A DNA stretch of 64,000 nt, from assembly GCF_963921235.1 (NCBI RefSeq), contig NC_086108.1:90894001-90958000 (forward strand). The letters are read 5' to 3'. Of the stretch, positions 24,463-35,659 are shown piece by piece; the first letter of the stretch is position 1; the number at the start of each line of letters is the position of its first letter. The notes below the pieces were generated by a model. That model had not been told where the DNA came from. It saw only the letters and a list, made by a program, of their open reading frames with translations, and did not search any database. The translations under genes and the position numbers were made by a program. The DNA comes from Mobula hypostoma. Lineage: Eukaryota.

Positions 24463-24689
24463 AAATGTCAACCGTACTCTTTTCCATAGATGCTGCCTGG
24501 CCTGCTGAGTTCCTCCAGCATTTGTGTGCATTGCTAACATTTTTTTCCAAGTGTTTTTCATAATTAATGAAGTATTGGCAAAATTATCTGACTTGCTCCT
24601 CATGAATGATTGCTGAAATATTGCTGCTGTCTCTGATATTGAAAGGTCACGGTAAATGATATATCAATTTTCAGTATCCACTTGCAGTT

Positions 24690-26292
24690 GAAAATTAACA
24701 CAGTTACCAAAGGCTAGCCAAGTCCACAGTATCGTGTCCTGGAAAGGGCTTCCTGACCTAATATCCGGACATTGGGACACAGATAATATAACACCAAATA
24801 ATGAAATCTGCTAGGGAGTTGGGTGGTGTAGGAGCAGAATGGCAGAAATGCTGAAGTTAGAAACAAACTGGAATCAAATTGAAAGATGCGGGGTTGTATA
24901 TAGAATAACCAATGGCCAAGAGTGATTAACAGACAGGCATTTAATCAAGAGTTTGTGATATTTGTATGTAGACTATAAGACAATCAGGAGTGCATTACAG
25001 GTAAATCTAATAGAGAGATTCTCAGGGACAAAAGGTGGGGAGTTGTAGGTGGTTATTAATTGAATAATGGATAAGCAGGAGGTAACTACACACTGGATTC
25101 CAATGAAGGGTTTTAGCTATAGTCAGGGAATGAGACTAGAATTTAATCAGGGAGTTTTTGCAAGGGGCAGAGGTAGGAAGGATTTATATGAACTTTATCA
25201 GCTAGCTGACAAGTAAGCTATTACTTACTTTCAAGATGTCTGAAAGAGTGCCAGCAAGTTGCAAGCACTGTAGTAACTATAACCCAGGTTAATTAGACCC
25301 CAAGATGTAATGTTAGAAAACTCCACCCGTGGAGGGATGAAAATGAGGTTTACCGAATTTATAAAAAAAAGAGAATTGAAAAAATAGCAATGCAAGAACG
25401 AAGTGTGGCTGATGCAGGCGTGGACAAGTGACAGAGATGCAGCAAACTATTGAAACTAGCAAAAGATAGAAACTATTAAAAGTGGAATTAGTAGTGAGTA
25501 GCTCTGCCCTACTTACTGGAAGTCCTCAGGGTGAGACCCCTGCAGGAGAGGTGATATCGATAAAAGATTTATTGAAGCTACGACTATAATGAACACCAGT
25601 TGTAGGAGACTATATCAGCAGAGAGTATTGTTCGGGATCTCTACCATGTAACCTGGAATTAGTTCTGTTAAATCATACCAAGGGATTTGGTCAGTTTTTT
25701 TTTATTGTGTAAGTATTGTGAATTGACTTTCTGTGGATGATCTACTATTTTATCCAACGAACCAAGAAGCAAGATGCCTAGCCACTCAAGATCGAAAAAC
25801 CAGCACAGGAATGAAATGTTACAAAACATAGAGGATTTAAGATGGTTGGATGTATAAGTTTATTTCTCATTTGAATGATCTGAATTTGATTTCTAGAAGA
25901 ACTGATTATTTTGCAAAGACTTTAATATGTTGTATGTGATTTACTTTGAGATTTGTCGTGAAAGAAGTTAAGGTTGTTTTTACGGGTGTTGAATTTGAAC
26001 TTGTAGACGTACTGACTTGAACTGAAACTGAAGTTAACTATAGTACTCAAAAATAGGAATTCAGTTAGTTTCCTTACTAACTAAGGATAAATCCAAAGGC
26101 AAATGTTAGTCTGTAAGCCTTTAGATAGGGAATAACACTAGATTTAATTAGTTAGAGAAATTTGAGTGATAACGGTTATTCTAATGAATCTCACTGATTC
26201 TAACTAAAAGGGAATTTGATTTTCATTTGAGATTTGGAACCTAAACAGAAAGCTGGAATTTTGAATTGTTCTTACTCTGGTAGATACTAACA
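24690..26292 (+). mobile_element. Possible ERV/LTR-element 3' end: internal remnant, PPT and ~1.25-kb LTR (25044-26292)
   Basis: Purine tract AAAAGGTGGGGAG (25030-25042) is followed by TGTAGG (25044); a candidate end ...GGTAGATACTAACA lies at 26292. No partner LTR in the window. Confidence 0.4.
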
Positions 26293-26749
26293 TTTGTATT
26301 TTGTGTACATTGATATTTTGATAAACATTCCTGGTGTAGTCTCACCAAGGCCTTGAAAATCTGCAAAAGACTTCCATACACTTGTATTCAAATATTCTTG
26401 TAATCCAGGCTCTCTTAGTACTCAATTACTTGTATACAAACACATGTCCCTTTGAACATCAGCTTTATCCAATCTCACAGCACGTAACAAATATTATGCT
26501 TGACTGTTACATATACAGAAGTGTATAACCTTATATCTTTCTAATTTATAATTGCATCTCTGATATTCACTCCCACTGCTGTAATATTGTCTTTCCCCAA
26601 CAAAGCCATCCAAACCTACATTGCTTAATACTACTAAAAGTGTTGCTTGGGTCTTTGTTTTATTTGCTTCAGAGTTTACTTCAAAGTTTATTTACACACT
26701 TATTTACTTCAGTGTTCTTCCAGCCTGTTACCTGCCATGAACACTTATT

Positions 26750-27165
26750 AAACTGTGTTGACCAAAACTTCATCCCCTGGATCTTGCGCAGACTTATTCC
26801 ATTTTCATTTGTTCCCATTTTTTAGTGAAAAATTGAAGCTCTTTGAAATCTCTTTATGAATTTGTTCCTAACCATCCCTGTAGCTTCCTTCACCCTCCTA
26901 TGTACAAACCTTCTCTAATCCCCTCTCATCCCTACTTAACTTCCTGCATTCTCCGTCACACCATCCACATTACAATGTGTGCAATTTCCTCCAAAAGCTT
27001 CTTCACTTCTCTTTTAAGACTCTCCTGCAAACCGACCTCTTTGACTCAACTTCTGGTAAGCTCTCAGAATCTTTGCTTTTTTGTTGCTTGACATCGAGTG
27101 TCCCTTGTGCCTATATGGAGTGCCTCGAGATACTTTACCATGTTAAAAGCACAACATAAGTTCAA
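26750..27165 (+). mobile_element. Ancient L2 3' end
   Basis: TTTAAGACTCTCCTGCAAACCGACCTCTTTGAC...GTGCCTCGAGATACTTTACCATGTTAAAAGCAC resembles an L2 terminus. Confidence 0.5.
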
Positions 27166-27573
27166 CTGTCTGTGACAGTTTCTGTCATCTGTGCAAAATG
27201 AGATGCCCTTCATTAAAATGATCACACATGCAGTTGGCAAGTGAAGTGCTTAGATTAATATCTTACCTAAGAGCATCCACCATTCAGACCCCCCCTCTTG
27301 CAAACTTTCTGCCTAGTTTAGAAGTGGCATTGATAAATGAGATGTTGGTGATGCCTGAGTAACTGACCCACACATTTGATATGATACATAGCACCTGAAC
27401 ATAAACATGTGAAGCCTTTCCTGCTAGAGCAATATGTCCTCAGCAGATGCATGATAAACCTGTAGGAAGAGTCAATAATTTTTACAGAAGCTAGAAGAGG
27501 AAGATATTTTTTGTTTGGTATTTGGTTACTCATGGGGCATTACTAAGCTTGTGATATACATTTTACTGATATA

Positions 27574-28143
27574 CACTTTGTAACTACTTTGTCAGGTACA
27601 CCTGCATACCTGCTGGTTAACGCAAATACTGTATCTAATCAGCCAATCATATGGCAGCAACTTGTTGCATAAAAGCATACAGACATGGTCAAGAGGTTCG
27701 GCTGTTGTTCAGCTCAAACATCAGAATGGGAAAGAAACTTGATCAAAGTGACTTTGACCATGGCGTGTTTGTTGGTGCCAGACAGGGTGGATTGAGTATC
27801 TCAGAAACTGCTGATGTCCAAGGGATTTCATGTACATAAGACTAGAGTTTACAGAGAATGGTGCAGAAAGCAAAATACATCGAGCGAGCAGCAGTTCTGT
27901 GGGTGAAAATGCCTTGTTAATGAGAGAGATCAGAGGACAATAGCCAGACTGTTTGAGGCTGGCAGGAAGGCGACAGTATCTCAAATAACCACGCGTTACA
28001 ACAGTGGCATGTCGAATAGCTTCTCTGAATGCACAACGCGTCAAACTTTTAAGTGGATAGGCTACAGCAACAAAAGACCACGAACATACAGAAATGCACT
28101 CAGTAACCACTGTACCTGCACCTAATAAAGTGGCCACTAAATG
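27574..28143 (+). mobile_element. Non-autonomous Tc1-like transposon (N-terminal DNA-binding domain only)
   Basis: MGKKLDQSDFDHGVFVGARQGGLSISETAD; degenerate TIRs (CACTTTGTAACTACTTTGTCAGGTACA / ACCTAATAAAGTGGCCACTAAATG); TA flanks. Confidence 0.85.
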
Positions 28144-28639
28144 TAACTGTACTGTCTTGTCCAGTATGGCCCAGTAATCCTGTTTATTATTTGCTAAATA
28201 AAGCAACTCCATGCAGTCAGCAATTGAATAATATAGACACCAAGAATTTGATTCAGTGGTCTGTGACTGGGCTAACAGTAGATTCATTACTATAAGTCTT
28301 AGAGCTGCCGGGCCGGGGATGGAAATGATGGCCAGGTTTCCAGAGGCTAATCACAACCTGCAGCAAGCGTACGTGTGAGGACTGCAAGAGTTCAGGTGTT
28401 ATGGGGTCTTTGGCAAAGTCAGTTTTCAGAACTCACTTGTGTGTATGTTGGCCAAATTGTTAAGTAACTTGCATGCAGTAAATCTGGAAACAAAGTTTTT
28501 TCTTTCAAAGGGAATTGGCACTTAATGAAAGTAATTCACCGCGCTAGGGGGATAAGAGCAGGAGATTGACACTGAACAGATCACACCAGAAGGAACCAGA
28601 ACAGACTTGCTGGGCTGAATGACCTCCAAGTCTCCTTCA

Positions 28640-29510
28640 TTCATGGAGTTATACAGCATTGAAAAAAGCCCCTCGACACACTTGTTCACACCAGTCAGGA
28701 TTCCCATCGAAGTGAGTTCCATTTGCCTGCATTTGGCCCATAATCCTTCCAACAAATTCCTATCCAAGTTTATCTTAAGTGTTGTTAATGTGCTGTAATG
28801 ACTGCTAGTGTGGAGATATGTCTCTACCAAAGGAACTGAACTGTAAGGCACTCCTTCCCTCTGCTATCTTGCAGGTCACCCTTGGGCAAGGTGTAGCACC
28901 TGCTTAGAATCCCTCCCCCCCCCCTGCCGATCAGGGTCACATAAAGCCATGGGAACAGGTAGAGGATGGTGTATGAGCAGCTGGTGTATGTCATAAGTCC
29001 TGGTTATGGGACCACTGATGCCAGGCAGGCAATCTCTGAAGAGCATTGATAATGTCTGGAGTCACCCATCTTATAAAGACCACTGCCCAGAAGAAGACAA
29101 AGGCAAACCACTGCTGTGGAAAAATTTGCCAAGAACAATCATGGTCATGAAACATTGATCAGTCCTGCCACACAACATGGCACATAATGATAAGGATGAA
29201 TGTACTGATCCTGCCTCAGTAGCTTCCTTTGGTATCTCATTCCATATGCTGATCACCCTCTGGGGGAAATAACTGCACCTCAGATTCCTATTAAATCTCT
29301 CCCCTCACATCTTATAGCTACGCCATCTAGATCTTAATTTCACAGCCCCATAAACAACATTGTGCAGATTGATTTTATCTGTGCTACTCCTGGTTTTATA
29401 AACCTCTATACAATCTCTGCTCATTCTTCTATGCTTCAAGGAGTGAAGACCCAAGCTGATTAACCTCTCTCTATTACTCACTCACTCGAGTCCTGACAGC
29501 ATTCCCATAA
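28640..29510 (-). mobile_element. CR1 3' fragment, split by an RTE-derived insertion
   Basis: Reverse CR1 tail at 28640-28790 and coding end at 29200-29510 (TCATTCCATATGCTGATCACCCTCTG). Confidence 0.6.
28832..29200 (+). mobile_element. RTE-related non-autonomous element (SINE-like)
   Basis: GAAGAAGACAAAGGCAAACCACT...TTTGCCAAGAACAATCATGG (RTE 5'-UTR type). The 3' end CATGGCACATAATGA resembles the RTE tail at 57756. Confidence 0.6.
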
Positions 29511-29524
29511 GTCTGTTGCGCACT

Positions 29525-29860
29525 TGTTTGATAATTCCATGATTGTCCAAAGATCCGGATTGTTGGTCTGGAGACATGTCCTTCAATCCTTTCACAGTAG
29601 CTGAAAATGTAAAATCAGGTCACTGCATTAATTTGGAATATAAATCTTATACCAATTATGGTGTGTACATTTGTTGTAAAACCCAGTTGATGTCTAAGGA
29701 TAAAAGATACCTTCTGGCTGTGACACCAGACCCACTGCAGTGTGCTTTACTGTTAACTAGTGCCTGGAATGTCCCAGATAGCTCAATTGAGCGACAATTT
29801 GGAACAGACAATGAATGTTGACCTACCAGCAATCCATATTCCACAGCCAATTTTTTTTTA
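29525..29860 (+). mobile_element. Ancient SINE (related reverse copies at ~32920-33115 and ~39490-39700)
   Basis: Shared degenerate motifs GTGACACCAGACCCAC, TGTAAAACCCAG and a terminal AATGTTGACCTACCAGC. Confidence 0.45.
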
Positions 29861-30149
29861 AATGCTCATGCTTATGGTCTAATAGTTTTTCTTCCACAGA
29901 AATACTGGAGAAGGGCTTCACAGATAGAATTTTACTTCAGTAAGGAGTCAACTCTTTCAGCAGAAAGTTGTCATGTATGAAAGTAGATAAAGAAAACAAA
30001 CACTAGCCTATTTATTATGATTTAAACTAAAGTCCTATTGAATTGAGGAATTATTTAGCTCATGGTTAGCTGAACAATGTGCATGGCTTGTCTGCTTTGA
30101 GCTTGATGAATGTCACTTTCACTGGTGATGTGATAGATGATTGATGTTA

Positions 30150-30470
30150 TAGAACCACAATATGGAACAGCATAAAAAAATCCATTCAGCCCATCTGCAG
30201 TATACTCCTCTCAATGAAAGCTAGTTTTTCCAATTCTACTCCCTCAGGATATAAGTGATCTTTATAGCATGCATCCTGTGAGTCTCTCTCAAATGCTTTT
30301 AAGATAATTCTTCTAAATTCCAATGAGTATAGGCCCATCCTGCTCCACCTGTTCTTACGACAACACCTTCATTCCAGGGACAAACCTGACGATGTCTTCT
30401 GCATTACCTCTGTAGCAAGTATATCCTTCCTTAAATATGGAGACGCAAACTGTGTGAAAATCTCAGCAGT
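30150..30470 (-). mobile_element. CR1 fragment
   Basis: TTCTTCTAAATTCCAATGAGTATAGGCCC...AAATATGGAGACGCAAACTG. Confidence 0.6.
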
Positions 30471-30698
30471 GCTGTGTGGAGAATAGTCTGACATGCAGCT
30501 CTACCTTTCAGATTCAGCTTTATTATCACTAACATTTTGTTGCGAAATTTATTGTTTTCTGGCAGCACTTTTTGGCCATTCTAAAGGATATTGAAAATTA
30601 AAAAAAAGTTGGCCACCAATTTGCACATTTCAATCTCCCACAAAGACAATGACTATCACCAGGTAAATCAGTGTTTTAGTATTGATGGATGAGAGAGA

Positions 30699-31009
30699 CA
30701 CTCTGGACAGCAATAATAACTATACATTACAATTAGAATGTATTAAAAAGTGAACAAGTAGTACAAAAAGATAGCAAAATAGTAATATAGTGTTCATGGG
30801 TTCATGGACCATTCAAAAATCTGATGGCGAAGAGGATGAAGCTGTTCCCTAAAACTGCTGGAGGGTTTCGGCCTGAAATGTTGACTGTACTCTTTTCCTA
30901 GATACTGCCTGGCCTGCTGAGTTTCTCCAGCATTGTGTGAATGTGTGTGTGTGTGTGTGTGTGTGTGTTGCTCAGATTTTCAGCATTTGCAGATTTTCTC
31001 TTGTTGGTG
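30699..31009 (+). mobile_element. Composite insertion: Rex1 3'-UTR piece plus PLE terminal repeat with tail
   Basis: Flanked by the 23-bp direct repeat TTAGTATTGATGGATGA(G/A)AGAGA (30676-30698 / 31010-31032). The PLE part 30855-31009 has a degenerate hammerhead. Confidence 0.7.
30942..30968. repeat. (TG)n microsatellite expanded inside the PLE repeat
   Basis: About 13 TG units. Confidence 0.9.
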
Positions 31010-31360
31010 TTAGTATTGATGGATGAAAGAGATTCTTGTCAATGATAATAACTTCCTTCCTCCTTTTCAAATTGGTGCCTTGAGATCTTTTACAACTTTG
31101 TCTGAGAGGTTTTAATGACTCATACATAAAGTGACAATTCCACTGACATGTAACACTCATTCAGGTAAGTGTCCATACTAGAGTGTCACCCAGAATGTAA
31201 TGCTCCATGTGGTTGCAGATCAATTGGACTTTGAACACTGCCTCAATCACACTTTGTTTACTTGTGCACAAAGAGGACTGCATGGCCCATGTAACCAAAC
31301 TGTTCTGAAGTATGAACAAAATATTCAATTTTTATACAGAATTGACTAATTGACTCTGGT

Positions 31361-32395
31361 CAAGATGACACCTGTGTACAATGCTCCCACGGTCGACATC
31401 TTTGGATAAGCCACAAAACTATTTATTTCACTTCTTTTTTATCTCGTATGTCTGTTTTACGTTTTAAATGTGTCTCTGGAACTGTTGGAGACTGTGATTT
31501 GCAGTTGGGAGATCATTTGGGTGATTCAGCACTTTGCTGGCTCTGAGAGGATTCCGGGAGGCAGCGAGCCTCGTGTGAGGAGGCTGTGGGAAGCGCAAGC
31601 CGATGTCCGACTCTATTTCATCGATTAAAACAATATTGGTGGTGGTGGCATCCGTTAGCCTCGCGAGACCATGGATCTACGCCTGGAAAGTCTTGCTTCA
31701 GTCTGTGTTAGAGCAGCGTCTGTTGTGGCTGTAGAGACCCACACGGGAGTGACAGTCTCGGCTGCATCGACTGCACTTGAGGAGGGCACTGTCCTCCAGT
31801 GTTGTCTTGGTGCTGTTTTTCTGACGAGTGCGCCTCAGCTTCTCCTCTCCTCTTTTTAGACCACCGCGTAGTTCCAGCCTCCAATGAGAGCGATCGCTTG
31901 CGATGTCTTCCCACCTCTCGATGTTCATTTTCAGTGACTTCATGTCTCTCTTGCAAACGTCTTTGAAACGAAGATGGGGCTTCCCTTGTGCTCTCTTGCC
32001 GGAGGCCTGTTCCCCATACAGTAGGTCTTTCAGGATCCTCCCATCTGACATGTGGTGTACGTGGCCCAGCCAGTGGAGACGACGTTGTTGGAGCGGGGTG
32101 AAGAGGCTGAGTGTCTGGGTGCGGGCCAGGACCTCATTGTTGGTGACTCGGTCAGTCCACATGATATCCAGGATGCGTCTCAGGCTGCGAAGGTGGAAGG
32201 CGTTGAGACGCAGCTCTTGTCTGTAGTAGAGGCTCCAGGTCTCGCTGCCGTAAAGTGGTGTGCTGAGGACGCAGGCCTTGTAGACTGCAACTTTGGTGTG
32301 CATCGTCAGCTTTCTGTTCTCCCAGACTCTTCTTTTGTCAGCCTGAGATCAACCTAGACCCCGAGATCAACAGACAAGCAGCCTCAACATTCGCA
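31361..32395 (+). mobile_element. AAGATG-headed non-LTR 5' region (31361-31636 and 32341-32395), interrupted by RTE
   Basis: Starts CAAGATGACACC; CpG-rich body. Confidence 0.35.
31637..32340 (-). mobile_element. RTE-clade LINE 3' fragment
   Basis: ORF 31698-32303 TKVAVYKACVLSTPLYGSETW...RRLHWLGHV..M.DGRI.KDLLYGE...RFKDVCKRDMK...CSRCSRDCHSRVGLYSHNRRC; (CCA)n tail. Confidence 0.9.
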
Positions 32396-32443
32396 AAGCA
32401 ATAATAATGTGTACCTTATATCCTCTGATTACATCCTTATCTT

Positions 32444-32669
32444 AAGCAACACACACAAAATGCTGGAGGAACTCAGCAGGTCAGGCAGCATCTATGGGAA
32501 AAAAGTAAACAGTTAATGTTTCGGGCCAGGACCCTTCTGAAGGGTCTCAGCCTGAAACATTGACTATTTACGCTTTTGCATAGATCCTGCCTTGACCTGC
32601 TGAGTTCCTCCAGCATTTTGTGTATGTTGCTTTGAATTTCCAGCATCGACAGACTTTCTTGTGGTTGTA
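32444..32669 (+). mobile_element. Fold-back PLE mini-element
   Basis: Palindrome centred at CCCTTC|TGAAGGG (~32537), with the tail on the right arm only. Possible 13-bp TSD ACATCCTTATCTT / ACATTCTCATCTT (2 mismatches). Confidence 0.85.
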
Positions 32670-33190
32670 ACATTCTCATCTTGTCTCAGTATGCCAAATA
32701 GCTCCAGTCCCCTGCTGTGGCAAGCTATGATTTTCAAAGACTTTCCTTGCCTGAGGTTGACTGCACATTATCAGTAAGCTATCCTTGCCTAGACATTGCC
32801 TTAACCTTTACCTTGCTGCAAATTCCAGTCTTTATTCCTTCACACTGTGTCAATATTGTGGAAACGCAGCATTTTTTATTTATTCAAAGTGTGCTTGAAG
32901 TAGGAGGTTTCCAAGGTTAATTGAGGGGGCAGTTAAGAGTCAACTATACTAGTGTGTCTGGAGTTACATGCAGGCCATAAGATATGAATGACTGACTCCT
33001 TCCTTTGAAGGATATTAGTGAACCAATACATTTATATTGTGAATTGTTAGTCTTAAAGAACTTGTTCCAGATTCAGTTCATTTAGTCTGACCCCACATTC
33101 CCTCTGTCAGGAGGGAATATAGTAATATAGTGTTCATGGGTTCATGGACCATTCAAAAATCTGATGACGAAGAGGATGAAGCTGTTCCCT

Positions 33191-33736
33191 TACTAGGTAC
33201 CTCCCAGACCTAATAAAGTAGCCACTGAGTGTATATTCATAGCTTTCCATTGTTGTGGCTATCCACTTCAGGGCTGCATATGTTGTGCATTCAGAGATGC
33301 TCTTCTGCACACCACTATTGTAATGGGTGGTTATTTGAGTTATATCGCCTTTCTGTCAGCTTTAACCAGTCTAGCCATTTTCCTCTGATCTCTCCCTGTA
33401 ACCGGGCATTTTTCACCCATAGAACTGCCACTCAATAGATCTATTTTTGTTTTTTTTTTGCACTATTCTTTGTAAACTCTAAAGACTTGTACATGAAAAT
33501 CCCAGGAGATGAGCAGTTTCTCAGATACACAAGCACCCCGTCTGACACCAACAATCATTCTATAGTCAAAGTCACTTAGATGACATTTCTTCTCCATTCT
33601 AATGTTTGATCTAAACAACAACTGAATCGCTTGACCATTTCTATATGCGCTTATGCATTTAGTTGATGCCACATGATTGGCTGATTCGATATTTACATTA
33701 ACGAGCAGGTGTACCTAATAACGTGGCCACTATATG
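33191..33736 (-). mobile_element. Non-autonomous Tc1-like transposon (second copy), left TIR truncated
   Basis: MEKKCHLSDFDYRMIVGVRRGACVSE; right TIR GTACCTAATAACGTGGCCACTATATG followed by TA. Confidence 0.85.
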
Positions 33737-33949
33737 TATATATAAAGAAGGGCTCAGCCAAAGTAATGAAACTTTGCATGAGAAGATCCCAGGTTTCCCA
33801 GTGGCTGGCTCAGTGCTTTGCCATCCATCACTGTGGTTCAGTATTTACTGGCTCTTTCAGAAGTTTTTGAGATTCATGTTCAAAGGTTTGCCTAACCACA
33901 TACATCTCCTATGTCTTGGGTCTAAAAGTAGCTGTTGATAATGCAAGCG

Positions 33950-34800
33950 ATAGTGGGTTTGCCTTTATTACTGAGGCATTGGTTCAAGAGTTTTGAAGTC
34001 ATGTTGCAGCTTTATAAATCTGGTTAGACCACACCTGGAGTATTTCATTTAAAATTTGGTTGCCCCATTATAGGAAGGATATGTGTGTCCTAGAGAGGGT
34101 GCAGAAGGGATTGACCAGAATACTGCTTGTCTTAGTGAGCATGTGCAATAAGGAGAGGTTGGACAAACGTGGGTTGTATTCTCTGGAACAGCAGAGGCTC
34201 AGTGGAAACCTGATGGAAGTTGATAAGATTAAGAGAGAAGTAGACAAAGTAGACAGCCAGTATCTTTATTTCCAGAGTCAAAATCTCAGAGGTAAGCTTT
34301 TTTTTGCATAGAGACTGGTGTGCATGGAACCCTGTGCCGGGGTGATGGTAGAGCCTGATACATTAGGGGCATTTATGAAGCTCTTAGAGAGGCACATAGA
34401 TGATAGAGAAATGGAGGGCTATGTAGGAGGGAAGGGTTATATTGATATCAGAATCACTTAAAAAGTCAGCACAACATCATGTGCCAAAAGGCCTGTGCTG
34501 TGCTATAATGTTCTATGAAATTAGAGGGAATGCATTTAAGGTGAGGGATTAAGCTGTAAGGTGTGGGGCAAGGTTTTTACATGGACCTTGGTGGGTGCCT
34601 GGAATACATTTTCGGGGATTGCATTGGAGGCGAATATGATAGAGGCATTTAAAAGGTTCTTCATTAGCCGCATAAATATGCAAAGAATGGAAGGGAGGGA
34701 CAGATTGTATAGGCAGAAAGGATTAGTTTAGTTGAGCATTTAATTACAAGTGTAATTGGACCGGTGCAACATGTGGGACAAAAGGGCCCGTTCCTGTGCT
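33950..34800 (+). mobile_element. CR1 3' fragments (nested)
   Basis: PHYRKDMCVLERVQKGLTRIL...ERLDKRGLYSLEQQRL; two CR1 3' ends at ~34515 and ~34800. Confidence 0.8.
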
Positions 34801-35659
34801 GCCTTCCTCATACACAAATGCTAGCAACGTTACCAGAAATACTGGGATTTTCAGTTCAGTATTTTGTCCATTTCTGTCATTCGTGTTTCTTGGGCTGCTG
34901 TGGCACTATCTTTTTTAATGCTTGTTTTGGTAAAGTCAAGGCATTAAAAGCACCAGCCAGCATCTAAAATACTTGCTGGAGTTTTGTCTGCAAAGTTCTC
35001 AGTTTCTAATACCTGTCATAGTGACAAAGCTTTTGTCATGTGGAAGCCGTAATGTCACCTAGCAGGAGAAAGAAAAATCAGAGTCTGAGTTGAACGAATG
35101 CATTTTGTTCATTCATATTGGAACGTTCACATTGCCTGCACACCAAGAACTCTCTTGGACACAGTCAGATAAACAACAGTGAATAAAGATACAAAAAAAA
35201 AGCAGTGGAAATTTAATTTAACAGCACACAAGTGATTGCAAAATGTGTTTTGCTGTTGGGTAGCTCTGATTTGAAATGAGTTTTCCAAAGGCAGTTGTGG
35301 TTGACACACTGTTATATCTGCATGAATCAGGTCTGACAACTTTTCGCCATTACTGTTTTAGATTGGGAGCTGTGTTTCTGAAAACTGATTTCATGGCCTC
35401 TCTTGTTAGCTTCCTTTTGTAAGTGTTTTTTACCTGGCCTCGACCAGTTGATTCCCTGTCTATTTATATAGTGAGCAATGTTGATCTACAGACTTTACAA
35501 CATGAGGGTACCAAAGTCCAAGTCATGTATAGCTTAGAGTGCAGAAAATTGCTGCGAGATCAGCCATGAAGTACAGTTTATAAGAATGAAAGAAGGTCAA
35601 AGAGGGAAAGAAGTCTTATCACATGCTAGTCTTCCAATGGTGGTATTGTGAGATTGTAA

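Larger units (their letters stand above)
23570..24533 (-). mobile_element. Fold-back PLE mini-element with nested CR1
   Basis: Left arm 23570-23708 is inverted relative to 23709-23730 plus 24463-24533. TSD CTAACATTTTTTCCAA (23554-23569 / 24534-24550, one extra T). Confidence 0.85.
30610..31225 (-). mobile_element. Ancient DeuSINE/SacSINE1-like SINE, interrupted at 30699-31009
   Basis: TCCACAAAGACAATG...CCAGGTAAATCAGTGTTTTAGTATTGATGGATGAG, continuing TCAAATTGGTGCCTTGAGATCTTTTAC...AGAGTGTCA; resembles the recalled reverse Deu-domain SINE consensus. Confidence 0.45.

Noticed and set aside
31698..32303. Domesticated zinc-finger gene (201-aa ORF)
   Set aside because: It is the ordinary C-terminus of a 5'-truncated RTE LINE with its (CCA)n tail.
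32510..32565. Functional double hammerhead
   Set aside because: The palindrome centre deletes part of the CTGATGA core on both strands, and the cleavage triplets are mutated.
32444..32669. DNA-transposon MITE or pre-miRNA hairpin
   Set aside because: The arms match the PLE terminal repeat and are asymmetric, and sister copies have 14-17-bp TSDs consistent with retrotransposition.
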